Below the pieces are notes generated by a model. The model made no database searches. It was not told the DNA's origin and saw only the letters and a list, made by a program, of their open reading frames with translations. 64,000 bases of DNA from the NCBI GenBank assembly GCA_033764955.1, contig JANRIL010000006.1, positions 32,001 through 96,000 of the forward strand, in the 5' to 3' direction. Origin of the DNA: Cyanobacteriota bacterium. Its GTDB lineage: Bacteria; Cyanobacteriota; Cyanobacteriia; Thermostichales; Thermostichaceae. Both the position numbers and the translations under genes were made by a program. Shown one piece after another: positions 33,429 to 44,479 of this stretch (position 1 is its first letter; every line of letters begins with the position of its first letter).

Positions 33429-34193
33429 TTAGTCGTGGTCGTGGTGTTCACCGCCGCCATGCCCTTCCAGGGCTTCTCCGATATAGGCAGCAGAGAGGGT
33501 GGAGAAAATCAAGGCCTGAATAGCTCCTGTAAAAAGGAACAAAATCATCACGGATACAGGCACAAAAAGCGGAACCAAGAGCACCAAGACAGCAATCACC
33601 AGTTCTTCCGCCAAGATGTTGCCAAACAAACGGAAACTGAGGGAAAGCGGCTTGGTGAAATCTTCTAGAACATTAATGGGCAACAAAATTGGGGTCGGCT
33701 CAATATATTTCTTGAAGTAGGCCAGTCCCCGCTTGCTCAATCCGGCAAAAAAATAGACCAAGCTGGTCAAAAGTGCCAGAGCAGCCGTGGTGTTGATGTC
33801 ATTAGTGGGAGAGGCCAATTCCCCACTGGGTAACTCGATCAGTTTCCAAGGGAAAAGATTCCCCATCCAATTGCTGACAAAAATGAATAGGAATAGCGTG
33901 CCCACATAGGGAACCCAACGACGGTATTCCTTTTCCCCAATCTGAGCCTTGGCAATCCCCTGCACAAACTCCAGCGCATATTCAACAAAGTTTTGCATAC
34001 CCGACGGAACCCGTTGCAGTTGACGAGTGCCCGTTATTACCATCAGCAAAATGAGGCCAATAGCAATCCAACTGGTGATCAAAACTTGACCATGCACAGT
34101 CAACTTCCCGATGTGCCAGTAGAGATGATGACCTACGGCCAATTCGGCAAAGAAGGGGGAGGAACTCGTCAGAAAGGAGAAAGATCCATTCAT
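33429..34193 (-). CDS. atpB: ATP synthase F0 subunit a
   Basis: [30 protein letters not shown]. Confidence 0.99.
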   Translation of the reverse strand: MNGSFSFLTSSSPFFAELAVGHHLYWHIGKLTVHGQVLITSWIAIGLILLMVITGTRQLQRVPSGMQNFVEYALEFVQGIAKAQIGEKEYRRWVPYVGTLFLFIFVSNWMGNLFPWKLIELPSGELASPTNDINTTAALALLTSLVYFFAGLSKRGLAYFKKYIEPTPILLPINVLEDFTKPLSLSFRLFGNILAEELVIAVLVLLVPLFVPVSVMILFLFTGAIQALIFSTLSAAYIGEALEGHGGGEHHDHD

Positions 34194-34657
34194 TAGGACG
34201 GCCTAGAACGAGAAGAACGAAATAAAGTCTGGAATAGATAGATCAGGAGGGTCGCTTTGTAGGTAATAAATCCTAAGAAGACGGGCAGGATCTGCAAGGA
34301 TTCCAGCTGGGTTGCCAGGAGAATCAGTCCGACAAAAACCGCAAAGCGCGAGACACCCAATCGAGAACGGGTTTTACCCAGTTGAGCAACACCATGCCCC
34401 AACATCCGCAAATAAATCACTCCACCAATAGCACCCAGTCCATAGTTAGCAGCTACTGACCACGAATAAGCAAAAGCAACACAAAGGGCGATGGCTAGAC
34501 TCATACCCAGAGTGGTGAGCATTAACCATTCGTGCAGTCGAGCGTACTCCCCTGAAGGAGGTTGCACTAGCGAAGGAACCTCTTCCGATGGAGCTGACTC
34601 CTGAACCGCAGGAAGGGATCCCAACACTGGGGACTGAGAAGGCTGGTCGGCAGGCAT
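34193..34657 (-). CDS. atpI: ATP synthase protein I (Atp1)
   Basis: [27 protein letters not shown]; first gene of the operon. Confidence 0.9.
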   Translation of the reverse strand: MPADQPSQSPVLGSLPAVQESAPSEEVPSLVQPPSGEYARLHEWLMLTTLGMSLAIALCVAFAYSWSVAANYGLGAIGGVIYLRMLGHGVAQLGKTRSRLGVSRFAVFVGLILLATQLESLQILPVFLGFITYKATLLIYLFQTLFRSSRSRPS

Positions 34658-35154
34658 AAATTCAAGGAATGGAGCCAGAAACAAAAGGTAGCCTAATGTC
34701 TGACCACCGCACAGATAGAGAAGAGATGAGGGAAGGAGCAACCTACCCCTACTAACCTCTTTCTATTTTGGCCTGATTTGGCTTAAGCACTGTTACTCAA
34801 CATAACACTGCTAGGCAATGGTGCTTAACATAATCGGCAGCTGAGCGGTTGTTGATCGGAGACAGGTCAAGGGATCCCTGGCTGCTCCTTGAACAAAAGC
34901 CTTGCTGCAATACGACTTTACCACCTTGCGGGATCCGATAACGGCGCAACTTAAAGTTTTCGGAAAATTTCTTGTTGTTGCTATTTGTGTGTGCTAGTCA
35001 AGAAGCTGTTACCACCCTGGGGGCGGGGTTGGGGCTACACTAAAGCCTGAGCATCCGTTTGACCCAGAGTTGCCAGCGCTGTTGTAGTATGTGGGCAAGT
35101 TAGCTGTCAAGATGGATCCTCAAAAGACCCTCGAATACCAGTGTGGGCGGAGTG

Positions 35155-35739
35155 ATGCAGGCAATTCCGGTTTGGCTAGAGCCATTGGTCTGGGTAGATT
35201 ATCAAACAGCCGTGGGCTTGACAGTGATCCTGCCTCTCCTGCTGCTGGGGTGGGCTTTTGCCAGAGGGTTGATGCCTCTGATTCAGATGCTCATCATTTA
35301 TTGGCGGGTATCTAGTTTATTGGCGATCACCGTCTATCTGATGATTGGGGCTTTCCCGATTAGTTTTTTGACAGGTCTAGCCGCCAGAGTGTTGATTGTG
35401 TTCAGCCTGTGGTTTTGGGCGGATTTGAGTCGGGAAATCTTGCAGACAAAGGGGTTACTCAGCCTTTGTTTTCGGGTTTGGCGACTCTGGGTGACCGCTT
35501 ATCTAGGGGTGGGATCCCTTTTCTCGGCTTGGTTTATTCCCTGCGCTTTTCAACAACCCCTCTCCGAAACCTGTCAGGTTTGGTTTGAACCGCCGTTAGC
35601 TTTTCGGGAGATCATTCATCCCAACATCGCCAGAGAAACATTAGGACTGGTGGGGCTGATCGGGTTAACAGCTTACGGGCTCTACAGCATGGTTTTCTTA
35701 TGGCGGTTGAATCGGCAATCGGTCACCCCTACCCTCTAA
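35155..35739 (+). CDS. DUF3177-family membrane protein
   Basis: LVWVDY..AV..TVILPL, IYWRVSSLLAITVYL. Confidence 0.85.
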   Translation: MQAIPVWLEPLVWVDYQTAVGLTVILPLLLLGWAFARGLMPLIQMLIIYWRVSSLLAITVYLMIGAFPISFLTGLAARVLIVFSLWFWADLSREILQTKGLLSLCFRVWRLWVTAYLGVGSLFSAWFIPCAFQQPLSETCQVWFEPPLAFREIIHPNIARETLGLVGLIGLTAYGLYSMVFLWRLNRQSVTPTL

Positions 35740-35789
35740 CCCATCTCTCGTTTGCAGGCGGGAGAGATCGTTAAGGAGGAGAATGAGTA

Positions 35790-36083
35790 ATGCTTAACGA
35801 GTGGCCGCAGGCACTAGAACGCTATAGCCAAAAGCATCCCCGTGAAGTGCTGCGGGTGGAGGTGGAGAGTGGGGGATCCCGCGATGTGGTGATTATCTAC
35901 CGTGGGTTTAGCAGTTCCCTGATGCGAGCCACCCCTAAGGATCCCAATCAGCCCGTTATTCCCGCCCACGCCCAGTTGCTCCGCTTGGATCGCCTAGAAG
36001 CTCCTTGGGATCCCGATCATCCCCAGATCATTCAAGCTAACTTAGATTGGCTAACTATCCAGGAGTTAACAGAGGAAGGCTAG
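35790..36083 (+). CDS. Conserved cyanobacterial hypothetical protein
   Basis: LERYS..HP.EVL, IYRGFSSSLM..T..DP..PVIP; AGGAGG RBS. Confidence 0.8.
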   Translation: MLNEWPQALERYSQKHPREVLRVEVESGGSRDVVIIYRGFSSSLMRATPKDPNQPVIPAHAQLLRLDRLEAPWDPDHPQIIQANLDWLTIQELTEEG

Positions 36084-36143
36084 CAGCCAAACTGGGTTAA
36101 CCACAACCCACCCCCTCATCAACACCATTTTCAAACAACCAAA

Positions 36144-37739
36144 CTATAGTCCCGCCGAGACAGGGCTACGGGTCATTTGTACTTGATATTGAGCAGGTTG
36201 CAGCAGGGAACGCCCACTCATTTCAATGGGTTGAGGAAGTTGCAGGATTTCTAGAATGGTGGGAGCCACATCCGCCAATCCCCCATCAGAGCGCAACTTA
36301 ACATCAGCCCCCTGTCCGGCAATTTTGCGTCCCTCTCCCTCCACCACAATCAAAGGAACGGGGTTGGTGGTGTGAGCTGTCCAGGGGTTGTGGTCTTGAT
36401 CCCACATCATTTCGGCATTGCCGTGATCCGCCAGAATGAGGGTAGTTCCCCCTGCCGCCACCACTGCCGTCAACAGCCGCCCCACACATTCATCCACCAC
36501 CTCCAGGGCTTGCACTGTCGCCTCATAGTTACCGGTGTGCCCCACCATGTCGGGGTTGGCATAGTTGATGACAACTAGGCTATATTCGCGGCGAGCCAAA
36601 GCTTGCACGGCTTTGTCCGTCACCTCAGCCGCCGACATGGCCGGAGCTTGATCATAGGTGGAAACAAAAGGACTTTGCACCAGTTCCCGATCTTCCCCCG
36701 GATAGGGCTGCTCAATCCCTCCATTGAAAAAATAGGTGACATGGGCATATTTCTCTGTCTCCGCCAAACGCAGTTGCTTGAGACCGTGCTCACTCACCAC
36801 TTGCCCCAGCAGGTGATCGAGATTTTGGGGTTTGAACAAGACAGGCACCGCCAGCTCGGAGTCATATTGAGTCATGGTTAAAAAGTCAAGACTTGGGATC
36901 CTTTCTCGGTCAAATCCGGCGAAATTAGGATCCACAAAAGCTTGAGTGAGCTGACGTGCTCGATCCGGTCGAAAGTTAAAAAACAGTACCGCATCTCCTG
37001 CTTCCACCGCCCCAGGAGCCAGACGAATCGGGGGTAAAAATTCATCACTCAAGTTTTGGGCATAGGCCGCCTGCAACACTTCTACAGCGGTGCGCCCATC
37101 TCCTACCCCGTCCTGGGTCATGACATCGTACATTTTTTGCAGGCGATCCCAGCGTTTATCCCGATCCATCGCAAAATAGCGGCCACCCACGGTGGCAATC
37201 ACACCAAAGCCCAGCAGGTCAATCTTTTCCTGCAACTGAGCTAGGGTTCTCGCCCCATCGCGGGGGAGGGTATCTCGCCCATCCGTAATCGCATGAATGT
37301 AAGTGGGGATATCCCAGTCGGCGGCAATTTTCAGCAGGCCGTAGAGGTGTTCAATATGAGAATGCACTCCGCCTTCCGAACACAATCCCACCAAATGGAG
37401 GCGACCCTGCCGTTGCTTGAGGCTAGCCAACCCCTGCTTGAGGGTAGAATTTTCCGCCAGGGATCCGTCCTCGACAGCATCACTGATCCGCACCAATTCT
37501 TGAGGGACTATCCGTCCCGATCCGAGGGTCAAGTGACCCACTTCCGAGTTTCCCATTTGATCGGCAGGCAAGCCCACCGCGCGTCCAGAGGCTTGCAGCA
37601 GGGTATGGGGATAGGCAGACCAGAGACTATCTAACACCGGGGTTTTGGCTCCCAATACCGCATTGCCATCGATTGCATCCCGGTATCCCCAACCATCCAA
37701 AATCACCAAAACTACAGGGGCAACAGGTTGTGCACTCAT
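36144..37739 (-). CDS. gpmI: 2,3-BPG-independent phosphoglycerate mutase
   Basis: LVILDGWG, MGNSEVGH, AETEKYAHVTYFFNGG, NPDMVGHTG, ADHGNAE. Confidence 0.98.
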   Translation of the reverse strand: MSAQPVAPVVLVILDGWGYRDAIDGNAVLGAKTPVLDSLWSAYPHTLLQASGRAVGLPADQMGNSEVGHLTLGSGRIVPQELVRISDAVEDGSLAENSTLKQGLASLKQRQGRLHLVGLCSEGGVHSHIEHLYGLLKIAADWDIPTYIHAITDGRDTLPRDGARTLAQLQEKIDLLGFGVIATVGGRYFAMDRDKRWDRLQKMYDVMTQDGVGDGRTAVEVLQAAYAQNLSDEFLPPIRLAPGAVEAGDAVLFFNFRPDRARQLTQAFVDPNFAGFDRERIPSLDFLTMTQYDSELAVPVLFKPQNLDHLLGQVVSEHGLKQLRLAETEKYAHVTYFFNGGIEQPYPGEDRELVQSPFVSTYDQAPAMSAAEVTDKAVQALARREYSLVVINYANPDMVGHTGNYEATVQALEVVDECVGRLLTAVVAAGGTTLILADHGNAEMMWDQDHNPWTAHTTNPVPLIVVEGEGRKIAGQGADVKLRSDGGLADVAPTILEILQLPQPIEMSGRSLLQPAQYQVQMTRSPVSAGL

Positions 37740-38143
37740 TTAACAGCCTCTCGCTTGAGTTCTCGTCATCATACCAAGCTCAGTCAATACAGTAGCGGAT
37801 CCCTAAGCTTTGCTCCAAATTTTTGCCAAACGAATGTATGGGGCAACCCATCAGAACATCCTCTTTACCTGAGGAGATTAAGCCCGTTATGGCGGCTATC
37901 GGCAGGTAAATAGTTGATTTTTGTGGGTAGGGATGGTGTTGGCGAAACCCAACAATTTTGTTGAGAAGATCCGAGAAATAGCGTAGTTCTTCAGCAGGAT
38001 TACGGAGGGATCCCTAGGGAGGATGACCAATTCTTCTGAAGGACGCGATTCAGCGCAGACAGAATCAGCGATACGGCGGAACAATAAATGGGGGATTCTG
38101 GCGACACTGCTAATAGCAGAGTTGATTAAACGAGGTTGTCGCC

Positions 38144-38446
38144 ATGACCATTCAGCAAATCATTCAGACCGCCCTGATGACGGGTCTGTTGACCTCTGCT
38201 CAAGAGCATGAACTGAATGTTTTGTTGTTCAAAGATGAGTGTACAGCTTCAGATATGTTTCTCCTGAGTCGGCTAAATCGCTCACTTTTGAAGGGAAGCG
38301 TGGTGCAGGTGGATCGGGTTGATGTGGTTGCCATCGGTAACTTTGGTGGATCCCGCCTGCGTCTTTTACCCACACTGGTATCGGGTGCTCATGCCGGAGC
38401 CTCTGATACTGATGGCGTACTTCAATTGGATCCAAAAGTCAGCTAA
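38144..38446 (+). CDS. Small cyanobacterial hypothetical protein
   Basis: GAGG RBS; 'IQQII..AL..G.LT..QE..L..L....D..L..L...L..G.V' pattern. Confidence 0.7.
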   Translation: MTIQQIIQTALMTGLLTSAQEHELNVLLFKDECTASDMFLLSRLNRSLLKGSVVQVDRVDVVAIGNFGGSRLRLLPTLVSGAHAGASDTDGVLQLDPKVS

Positions 38447-38594
38447 TGGGTTTGTGGAGCCGAGGGGGGATGGTCGGAATCGCTTCGCTACCGTTTATGA
38501 AAACCGCTATATTAAAAATGTCTTTTCCTCCTCGATTAGCGAGAGTTTTCTAGCTAGGGATCCCTCTGGGTCGAGGCAGTTTCCCAATACCCCA

Positions 38595-39074
38595 ATGGCA
38601 AGCAAACCTTTTTTTCAATGGTTGCAACCGGATATTAAGGTGGAGGGAACCATCTTGAGCCTGACGGCGGCGATGTTGAGCCAACGAGGGATCCGCGGCA
38701 TTATTTTTGATGTGGATGACACCCTAGTTCCCCTGCTCAAGCACGAGGCTTCTCAAGAGGTGAAGACGTGGATAGCAGGATTGCCGTCCTCTTGGCAACT
38801 GTGGCTGGTCAGCAACAATATGAGTCGCAGGCGGATTGCCCAGATTGCCGAAGGGTTTGGGTTGCCCCACATTCATCGGGCGGGCAAACCCTCGCGGCGT
38901 GCCCTGCGGAAAGCCTTGCACAACATGCAACTCCCCGTCGAGCAGGTGGCTATTGTCGGGGATCGACGCCTAACCGATATTTTGGCGGGCAACCGTCTGG
39001 GCTTGTTAACCGTGCTGGTGGATCCCCTCACCTGCCGCTCCAAAGATCCCACCCATTCCGTCTGGCAATCATGA
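38595..39074 (+). CDS. YqeG-family HAD IIIA phosphatase
   Basis: FDVDDTL, VSNN, AGKPSRR, VGDRRLTDILAGNRLG. Confidence 0.93.
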   Translation: MASKPFFQWLQPDIKVEGTILSLTAAMLSQRGIRGIIFDVDDTLVPLLKHEASQEVKTWIAGLPSSWQLWLVSNNMSRRRIAQIAEGFGLPHIHRAGKPSRRALRKALHNMQLPVEQVAIVGDRRLTDILAGNRLGLLTVLVDPLTCRSKDPTHSVWQS

Positions 39075-39377
39075 CCCAGATGAAGAGGGATCCCTCACGA
39101 TAGGCTCATGCTCAAGCATCACAGTCAATGCCGGATGGCGCGTGGAAGTGCGGGTTATCTTGGTAACCACCTTGGCGGATGAAAACGCAACACACAAAAG
39201 TTAACTTCCAATAAAGCCCTACTTAATGCGGAGACAACCTCAGCGATCCGGCGGAGGAGGGGGGAACCCCCGGTTGAGTAAGCTTACTGAAGGTAAAGTC
39301 TGTGTAAATTTTCCCAAGATTTACCCCATTGGTTGGTTTTGAGAGGCATCGTATAATTACTCTATTCCCTCGTAACA

Positions 39378-41138
39378 ATGGTGATGACCAAAGCTCGTAC
39401 ATCTACGGATGTAGAACGGTTTGAAATTCGGCTGGGCGAAACCCTCAATCGGGCAGGTCTCCTATCTGGATCCCAATTGGCACAGGCAATGTGGGAAAAA
39501 AGTGACTCTCCCCTGATGTTGGGGGAGATCTGCCTGGGTCGCGGCTGGATCAAACCCCAAGAACTGTATCGATTTGTCCCCAGTACGCAGCTACGGATGG
39601 GAGAAATCTTAGTGCTTTATGGACATTTGCAGCTCGATCAACTGCAAGAAGCCCTGCAACAGCAACAGCGCACCGGTGCCCGCTTAGGAGATATTTTAGT
39701 TGACCGCCGTTGGGCCAGTTCTGAGTTGGTGGCTTGGGCGGCTGAAGAACAGCGGATTTTGCGACAAACCGCCGCCCCGGAAGCGTGGCAAATGTTGGCT
39801 CAGCGGTTGGGACAAGAGGCTCTCTCAGAAAAGGAGATCAGCCCTGCCTTAGTGGAGGAATTACAGGCACAAATTCAATCCTTGCAGGAAGAGTTGCTCC
39901 AGGAAAAGCAGCAATCTGCCCAGTTTTATCAGCAGGCGCGAAATCTTGCCAAACGCCAAATGGATCGGCAGGACTATGTGCATCAAATGGAGGCGCAACT
40001 GCAAGAATTTCAGACGAAAGCCCAGCGACGCGAACAGTTCTCTAGTCTGGTGGATGAAGAACTGCAACACCATCGCACCTTAGTAGAAACCCTGCAACAG
40101 CAACTGGATACCGCTAATCAACAAAAAGATGAGCTGCAACAGGAACTGATCACCCTAAAAACTCAGCAAAAACAACACCTAGACGAGTTACAAAAACAAC
40201 TGAAACAACAACTGCAAAGCCAACAAAATCATCAATCCAATTTTGATAGAACCCAACACCACCAACACTCGCAAGAAATCCAGCGTTTACAGGTGCAATT
40301 GGCTCATCACCAACACTTGCTTGAGCAAGCCCATCAACAGGCCGGAGAGTGGCAGCAGCAACTCCAAGAACAATCCAACCAAGCCAAGCTAGCGCAATCT
40401 ACAAAAACCCGTTTAATTGCGGATCTAGCCGATCTGCGTCGCCAGTTGGCGGATCTACAACTGCAACTCCAGAGCAAAGACCGTCAATTGGAAGAACAAA
40501 TGCAGTTGGTCGCGGCCCTAAAAACCGAAATGCTCCGAGAAAAGAAACAGACGGCTGATATCCAGACCCAGTGGCAGCAGGCTCAGGCAGAAACCCGATC
40601 TTTGCAACAGGAGCTGGAACGCCTGAAAATGCAGCGCTCGGTTCGCACCATGATGCCCACCAAAATTGAGGCGGAGGCTTTGTCGGCGTCCCCCCTAGCT
40701 TCTCCTTTTCCTCCTCTGGGGGTTGGCTCTACGGCTCCGCCGGAAGCCGAGTCTGCTCTCTTGGCAGCTTCGACTCCTTGGGCACAGCGAGTGTTACGGG
40801 GGTTGCGTTCGGCAGCGCTGATCGATAACCGCCGCATTGATGTAGTCTTGCGAACCTGGGAGAAGGAAGGAGGCAATCTGGCGGAAGTCTTATCTCGTTG
40901 TGCCCGCCTCAAACCGGAAACCATCAAGTTTTTTAGTGAAGGCGGCTACTCGGTGCGGCTTTCTGGATCCCATCGTCTGGAGGACTATCTCAAGTCCGCT
41001 GCTTTGGTTTCGCCCGAAGAGTTGCAAGCCACCCAACCGCTTCTTCAACCAGGTAAATCATTGGCGCAAGCTCTGATCGAAAGGGGCCTGATTTCACAGG
41101 CAACCATTGACTATTTTCTGAAAACCTTTCGCTTGTAA
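39378..41138 (+). CDS. Protein with N- and C-terminal MshEN-like modules flanking a long Gln/Glu-rich coiled coil
   Basis: RLGETL..AGLL, MLGEI..RGWI, RMGEIL..GHL, RLGDIL..RRW; C-terminal ETIKFF / RLEDYL..AALV / LIERGLISQATIDYF; TATAAT at 39352. Confidence 0.8.
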   Translation: MVMTKARTSTDVERFEIRLGETLNRAGLLSGSQLAQAMWEKSDSPLMLGEICLGRGWIKPQELYRFVPSTQLRMGEILVLYGHLQLDQLQEALQQQQRTGARLGDILVDRRWASSELVAWAAEEQRILRQTAAPEAWQMLAQRLGQEALSEKEISPALVEELQAQIQSLQEELLQEKQQSAQFYQQARNLAKRQMDRQDYVHQMEAQLQEFQTKAQRREQFSSLVDEELQHHRTLVETLQQQLDTANQQKDELQQELITLKTQQKQHLDELQKQLKQQLQSQQNHQSNFDRTQHHQHSQEIQRLQVQLAHHQHLLEQAHQQAGEWQQQLQEQSNQAKLAQSTKTRLIADLADLRRQLADLQLQLQSKDRQLEEQMQLVAALKTEMLREKKQTADIQTQWQQAQAETRSLQQELERLKMQRSVRTMMPTKIEAEALSASPLASPFPPLGVGSTAPPEAESALLAASTPWAQRVLRGLRSAALIDNRRIDVVLRTWEKEGGNLAEVLSRCARLKPETIKFFSEGGYSVRLSGSHRLEDYLKSAALVSPEELQATQPLLQPGKSLAQALIERGLISQATIDYFLKTFRL

Positions 41139-41251
41139 TCTTTAGGCTCCCGCTCCGGTGATTTGCCCCATCTGGTATCTGCGGAAACAGACGAACACCC
41201 ATACAATAGGGAGGCTAACACTGAACCCTTCCATCGTCACGGGATCCCATC

Positions 41252-44200
41252 ATGCCCCGCCGCACTGATATCCACAAAATTTTGCTGATCGGGGCTGGCC
41301 CGATTGTGATTGGTCAAGCTTGTGAGTTTGATTATTCCGGCACACAAGCCTGCAAAGCGCTCCGGGAGGAAGGATACGAAGTGGTGCTGGTGAACTCCAA
41401 CCCCGCCACGATCATGACCGATCCAACGATGGCCAACCGCACCTACATTGAGCCAGTCACCCCTGATTTTGTCGCCAAAATTATCGAGCGGGAACGACCG
41501 GATGCCCTCTTACCCACGATGGGGGGACAAACCGCCTTGAATGTGGCTGTCGCTTTAGCCGAATCCGGTATCCTCGATAAATTTCAGGTGGAGCTAATCG
41601 GAGCCAAGTTGGAGGCGATTCAAAAGGCGGAAGACCGCGAGCGATTCAAAGCGGCCATGCAGTCGATTGGCTTAGAAGTGCCCCAATCGGGGTTAGCCCG
41701 CACTCTGGAAGAGGCCAAAGCCATTGCCCGCCAGATTGGGTATCCTCTGATTATTCGACCCGCCTATACCTTGGGGGGCACGGGGGGTGGAGTAGCTTAC
41801 AACCAGGAAGAGTTTGAAGAGATCTGTGCGGCTGGGCTGGATGCTAGCCCCGTCTCCCAAATTTTGGTAGAGGAATCGGTGATCGGCTGGAAGGAATTTG
41901 AGCTAGAGGTGATGCGGGATCTGGCGGACAATGTGGTGATCATCTGCTCTATTGAAAATATCGATCCGATGGGGGTGCATACGGGAGATTCCATGACGGT
42001 TGCCCCTGCCCAAACCCTTACCGATAAAGAGTATCAACGACTACGGGACTACGCTATTCAAATCATCCGCGAAATCGGCGTAGAAACAGGGGGATCCAAT
42101 GTCCAGTTTGCCGTTAATCCTGAGAATGGTGACGTGCGAATTGTGGAAATGAATCCACGGGTTTCTCGATCGTCAGCCCTAGCCTCCAAAGCCACCGGAT
42201 TTCCGATTGCTAAGATGGCGGCCAAGTTAGCCGTCGGCTACACCCTCAACGAAATCTCCAACGATATTACCCAAAAAACCCCGGCTAGTTTTGAACCCAC
42301 CATCGATTATGTTGTGGTCAAAATTCCTCGTTTTGCTTTTGAAAAATTTCCTGGTTCAGAACCCATCTTAACCACCCAAATGAAGTCGGTGGGAGAAGCA
42401 ATGGCGATGGGGCGCACCTTTCAAGAATCCCTGCAAAAAGCCCTCCGTTCTCTGGAAATTGATCGACCCGGATTGGGCACTGACAAACCAGAAAAAACAC
42501 CCACCCTAGAGGAGTTACGGGTGCAATTGCGGATCCCAAATCCCACCCGTTTGCTCTCTATCCGCACCGCCCTATTGATGGGTATGGATCCCTCTGAAGT
42601 GCAAAAGCTAACCCAAATGGATCCCTGGTTTATTGATAAATTCCAAGAAATCATCGAGGTCGAGCAAGCATTAATGGGTCGCAGCTTGGAAAGCCTACAA
42701 AAGCAAGAATTGATCCACCTTAAACAAATGGGCTTTAGTGATCGACAACTAGCCTATTTGACCAATTCAACCGAGCAATCGGTGCGCCTTTTTCGCAAGT
42801 ATCAGGGGGTGACACCGGTCTATAAAACGGTGGATACCTGCGCTTCTGAGTTTGAGGCGTTTACACCCTATCAATACTCTACTTATGAACAAGAGAGTGA
42901 GGGTTTCCCTTCTGAGAAATCCAAAGTGATGATCTTGGGGGGTGGACCTAACCGGATTGGTCAAGGGATTGAGTTTGATTATTGCTGCTGTCATGCCGCT
43001 TTTGCCCTAGCGGAGATGGGCTATGAAGCCATCATGGTTAACTCCAATCCTGAGACGGTTTCGACTGACTATGACACCTCTGATCGACTTTACTTTGAGC
43101 CACTCACCCATGAAGATGTGATGAATTTGGTGGACTTGGAAAAACCGATTGGTTTGATCGTTCAATTTGGTGGACAAACCCCCCTCAAGTTGGCGCAAGG
43201 GTTAGCGGAAGCTCAGGCTCCGATTTGGGGAACTTCCCCGGACTCGATTGATATGGCGGAAGATCGCGAACGGTTTGAAAAGATCTTGCGTGAATTGGAT
43301 ATTGTGCAACCCACCAACGGGATCGCCCGCAGTGTTGAAGAAGCCCTCCAAGCCGCCGGACGAATTGGCTATCCGGTGGTGGTTCGTCCCAGCTACGTCT
43401 TGGGGGGACGGGCGATGGAGATTGTTTATTCCGACAGCGATCTGCAACGCTACATGCAGGTGGCGGTGGATGTCACACCGGATCGTCCGGTTCTGATCGA
43501 CCAATTTTTGGAGGATGCGACCGAGGTGGATGTGGATGCGATTGCTGACCACACCGGGGCGGTGACCATCGGCGGCATCATGGAGCATATTGAACAGGCC
43601 GGGATCCATTCCGGTGACTCCGCCTGTGTCCTGCCCAGTCGTACCCTCAGCCCTGAGGTGCTGACAGTATTGCGGGAGTGGACTTTCAAACTGGCGCGTG
43701 CCCTCAAGGTGGTGGGGCTGATCAATGTCCAGTATGCCGTCAAGGGATCCCAGGTTTACATCCTGGAGGCCAATCCACGGGCTTCTCGGACGGTGCCGTT
43801 TGTTAGCAAAGTGATCGGGCGACCTCTGGCGGGTTATGCTGCCCAGGTGATGAGTGGCAAAACCTTGGCGGAGATTGGCTTTACCGAAGAAGTGATCCCG
43901 CCCCACTTGGCGGTCAAAGAGGCGGTGCTGCCCTTCAATAAATTCCCTGGCACCGATACTCTGCTGGGACCAGAGATGCGCTCAACCGGAGAAGTGATGG
44001 GCATTGACACCGATTTCGGGCGAGCCTTTGCCAAAGCCCAAGTCGCCGCCGGACAAGAACTTCCCCTGCGGGGCAATGTGTTTATTAGTGTGAGTGACCG
44101 GGATAAACAGGCGGTGCTGCCGGTGGCGCAGGATCTCGCCAGTTTGGGATTTCGCTTAATTTGTACGGAGGGAACCCAGCGCTTCTTGACGGAGCAGGGC

Positions 44201-44479
44201 TTGCAGGTAGAAAAGGTTTTGAAGCTGCATGAAGGGCGTCCCCACGTCATCGACTGGATCAAAAACCGTGAGATTCAGTTGATTATTAACACGCCCTCTG
44301 GCATCGAGGCTCAGCAAGATGGACAAAAAATTCGCCGCACGGCCATCGCCTACAAAATTCCGTTGGTAACCACCTTGGCTGGCGCTCGCGCCACCGCTGC
44401 TGCTATCCGTGCCTTACAAATTGGGCAACTGGAAGTGAAATCCTTGCAGGAATATCACTCCGCCTTCCTAGCTGAATAG
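41252..44479 (+). CDS. carB: Carbamoyl-phosphate synthase large subunit
   Basis: [39 protein letters not shown], duplicated ATP-grasp, MGS domain. Confidence 0.99.
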   Translation: MPRRTDIHKILLIGAGPIVIGQACEFDYSGTQACKALREEGYEVVLVNSNPATIMTDPTMANRTYIEPVTPDFVAKIIERERPDALLPTMGGQTALNVAVALAESGILDKFQVELIGAKLEAIQKAEDRERFKAAMQSIGLEVPQSGLARTLEEAKAIARQIGYPLIIRPAYTLGGTGGGVAYNQEEFEEICAAGLDASPVSQILVEESVIGWKEFELEVMRDLADNVVIICSIENIDPMGVHTGDSMTVAPAQTLTDKEYQRLRDYAIQIIREIGVETGGSNVQFAVNPENGDVRIVEMNPRVSRSSALASKATGFPIAKMAAKLAVGYTLNEISNDITQKTPASFEPTIDYVVVKIPRFAFEKFPGSEPILTTQMKSVGEAMAMGRTFQESLQKALRSLEIDRPGLGTDKPEKTPTLEELRVQLRIPNPTRLLSIRTALLMGMDPSEVQKLTQMDPWFIDKFQEIIEVEQALMGRSLESLQKQELIHLKQMGFSDRQLAYLTNSTEQSVRLFRKYQGVTPVYKTVDTCASEFEAFTPYQYSTYEQESEGFPSEKSKVMILGGGPNRIGQGIEFDYCCCHAAFALAEMGYEAIMVNSNPETVSTDYDTSDRLYFEPLTHEDVMNLVDLEKPIGLIVQFGGQTPLKLAQGLAEAQAPIWGTSPDSIDMAEDRERFEKILRELDIVQPTNGIARSVEEALQAAGRIGYPVVVRPSYVLGGRAMEIVYSDSDLQRYMQVAVDVTPDRPVLIDQFLEDATEVDVDAIADHTGAVTIGGIMEHIEQAGIHSGDSACVLPSRTLSPEVLTVLREWTFKLARALKVVGLINVQYAVKGSQVYILEANPRASRTVPFVSKVIGRPLAGYAAQVMSGKTLAEIGFTEEVIPPHLAVKEAVLPFNKFPGTDTLLGPEMRSTGEVMGIDTDFGRAFAKAQVAAGQELPLRGNVFISVSDRDKQAVLPVAQDLASLGFRLICTEGTQRFLTEQGLQVEKVLKLHEGRPHVIDWIKNREIQLIINTPSGIEAQQDGQKIRRTAIAYKIPLVTTLAGARATAAAIRALQIGQLEVKSLQEYHSAFLAE

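Noticed and set aside
39140..39200. c-di-GMP-II or glutamine (glnA) riboswitch
   Set aside because: Only GGAAG, CACCTTG and GCAAC fragments match; the GCAC/GTGC pseudoknot and the CGTT/AACG P1 stem are missing
39251..39273. tRNA-Ser 3'-end duplicate (att site) on the minus strand
   Set aside because: GGGGGTTC-CCCCC-TCCTCCGCC lacks the GAAT of the T-loop, differs from the tRNA at 48791, and no integrase is nearby
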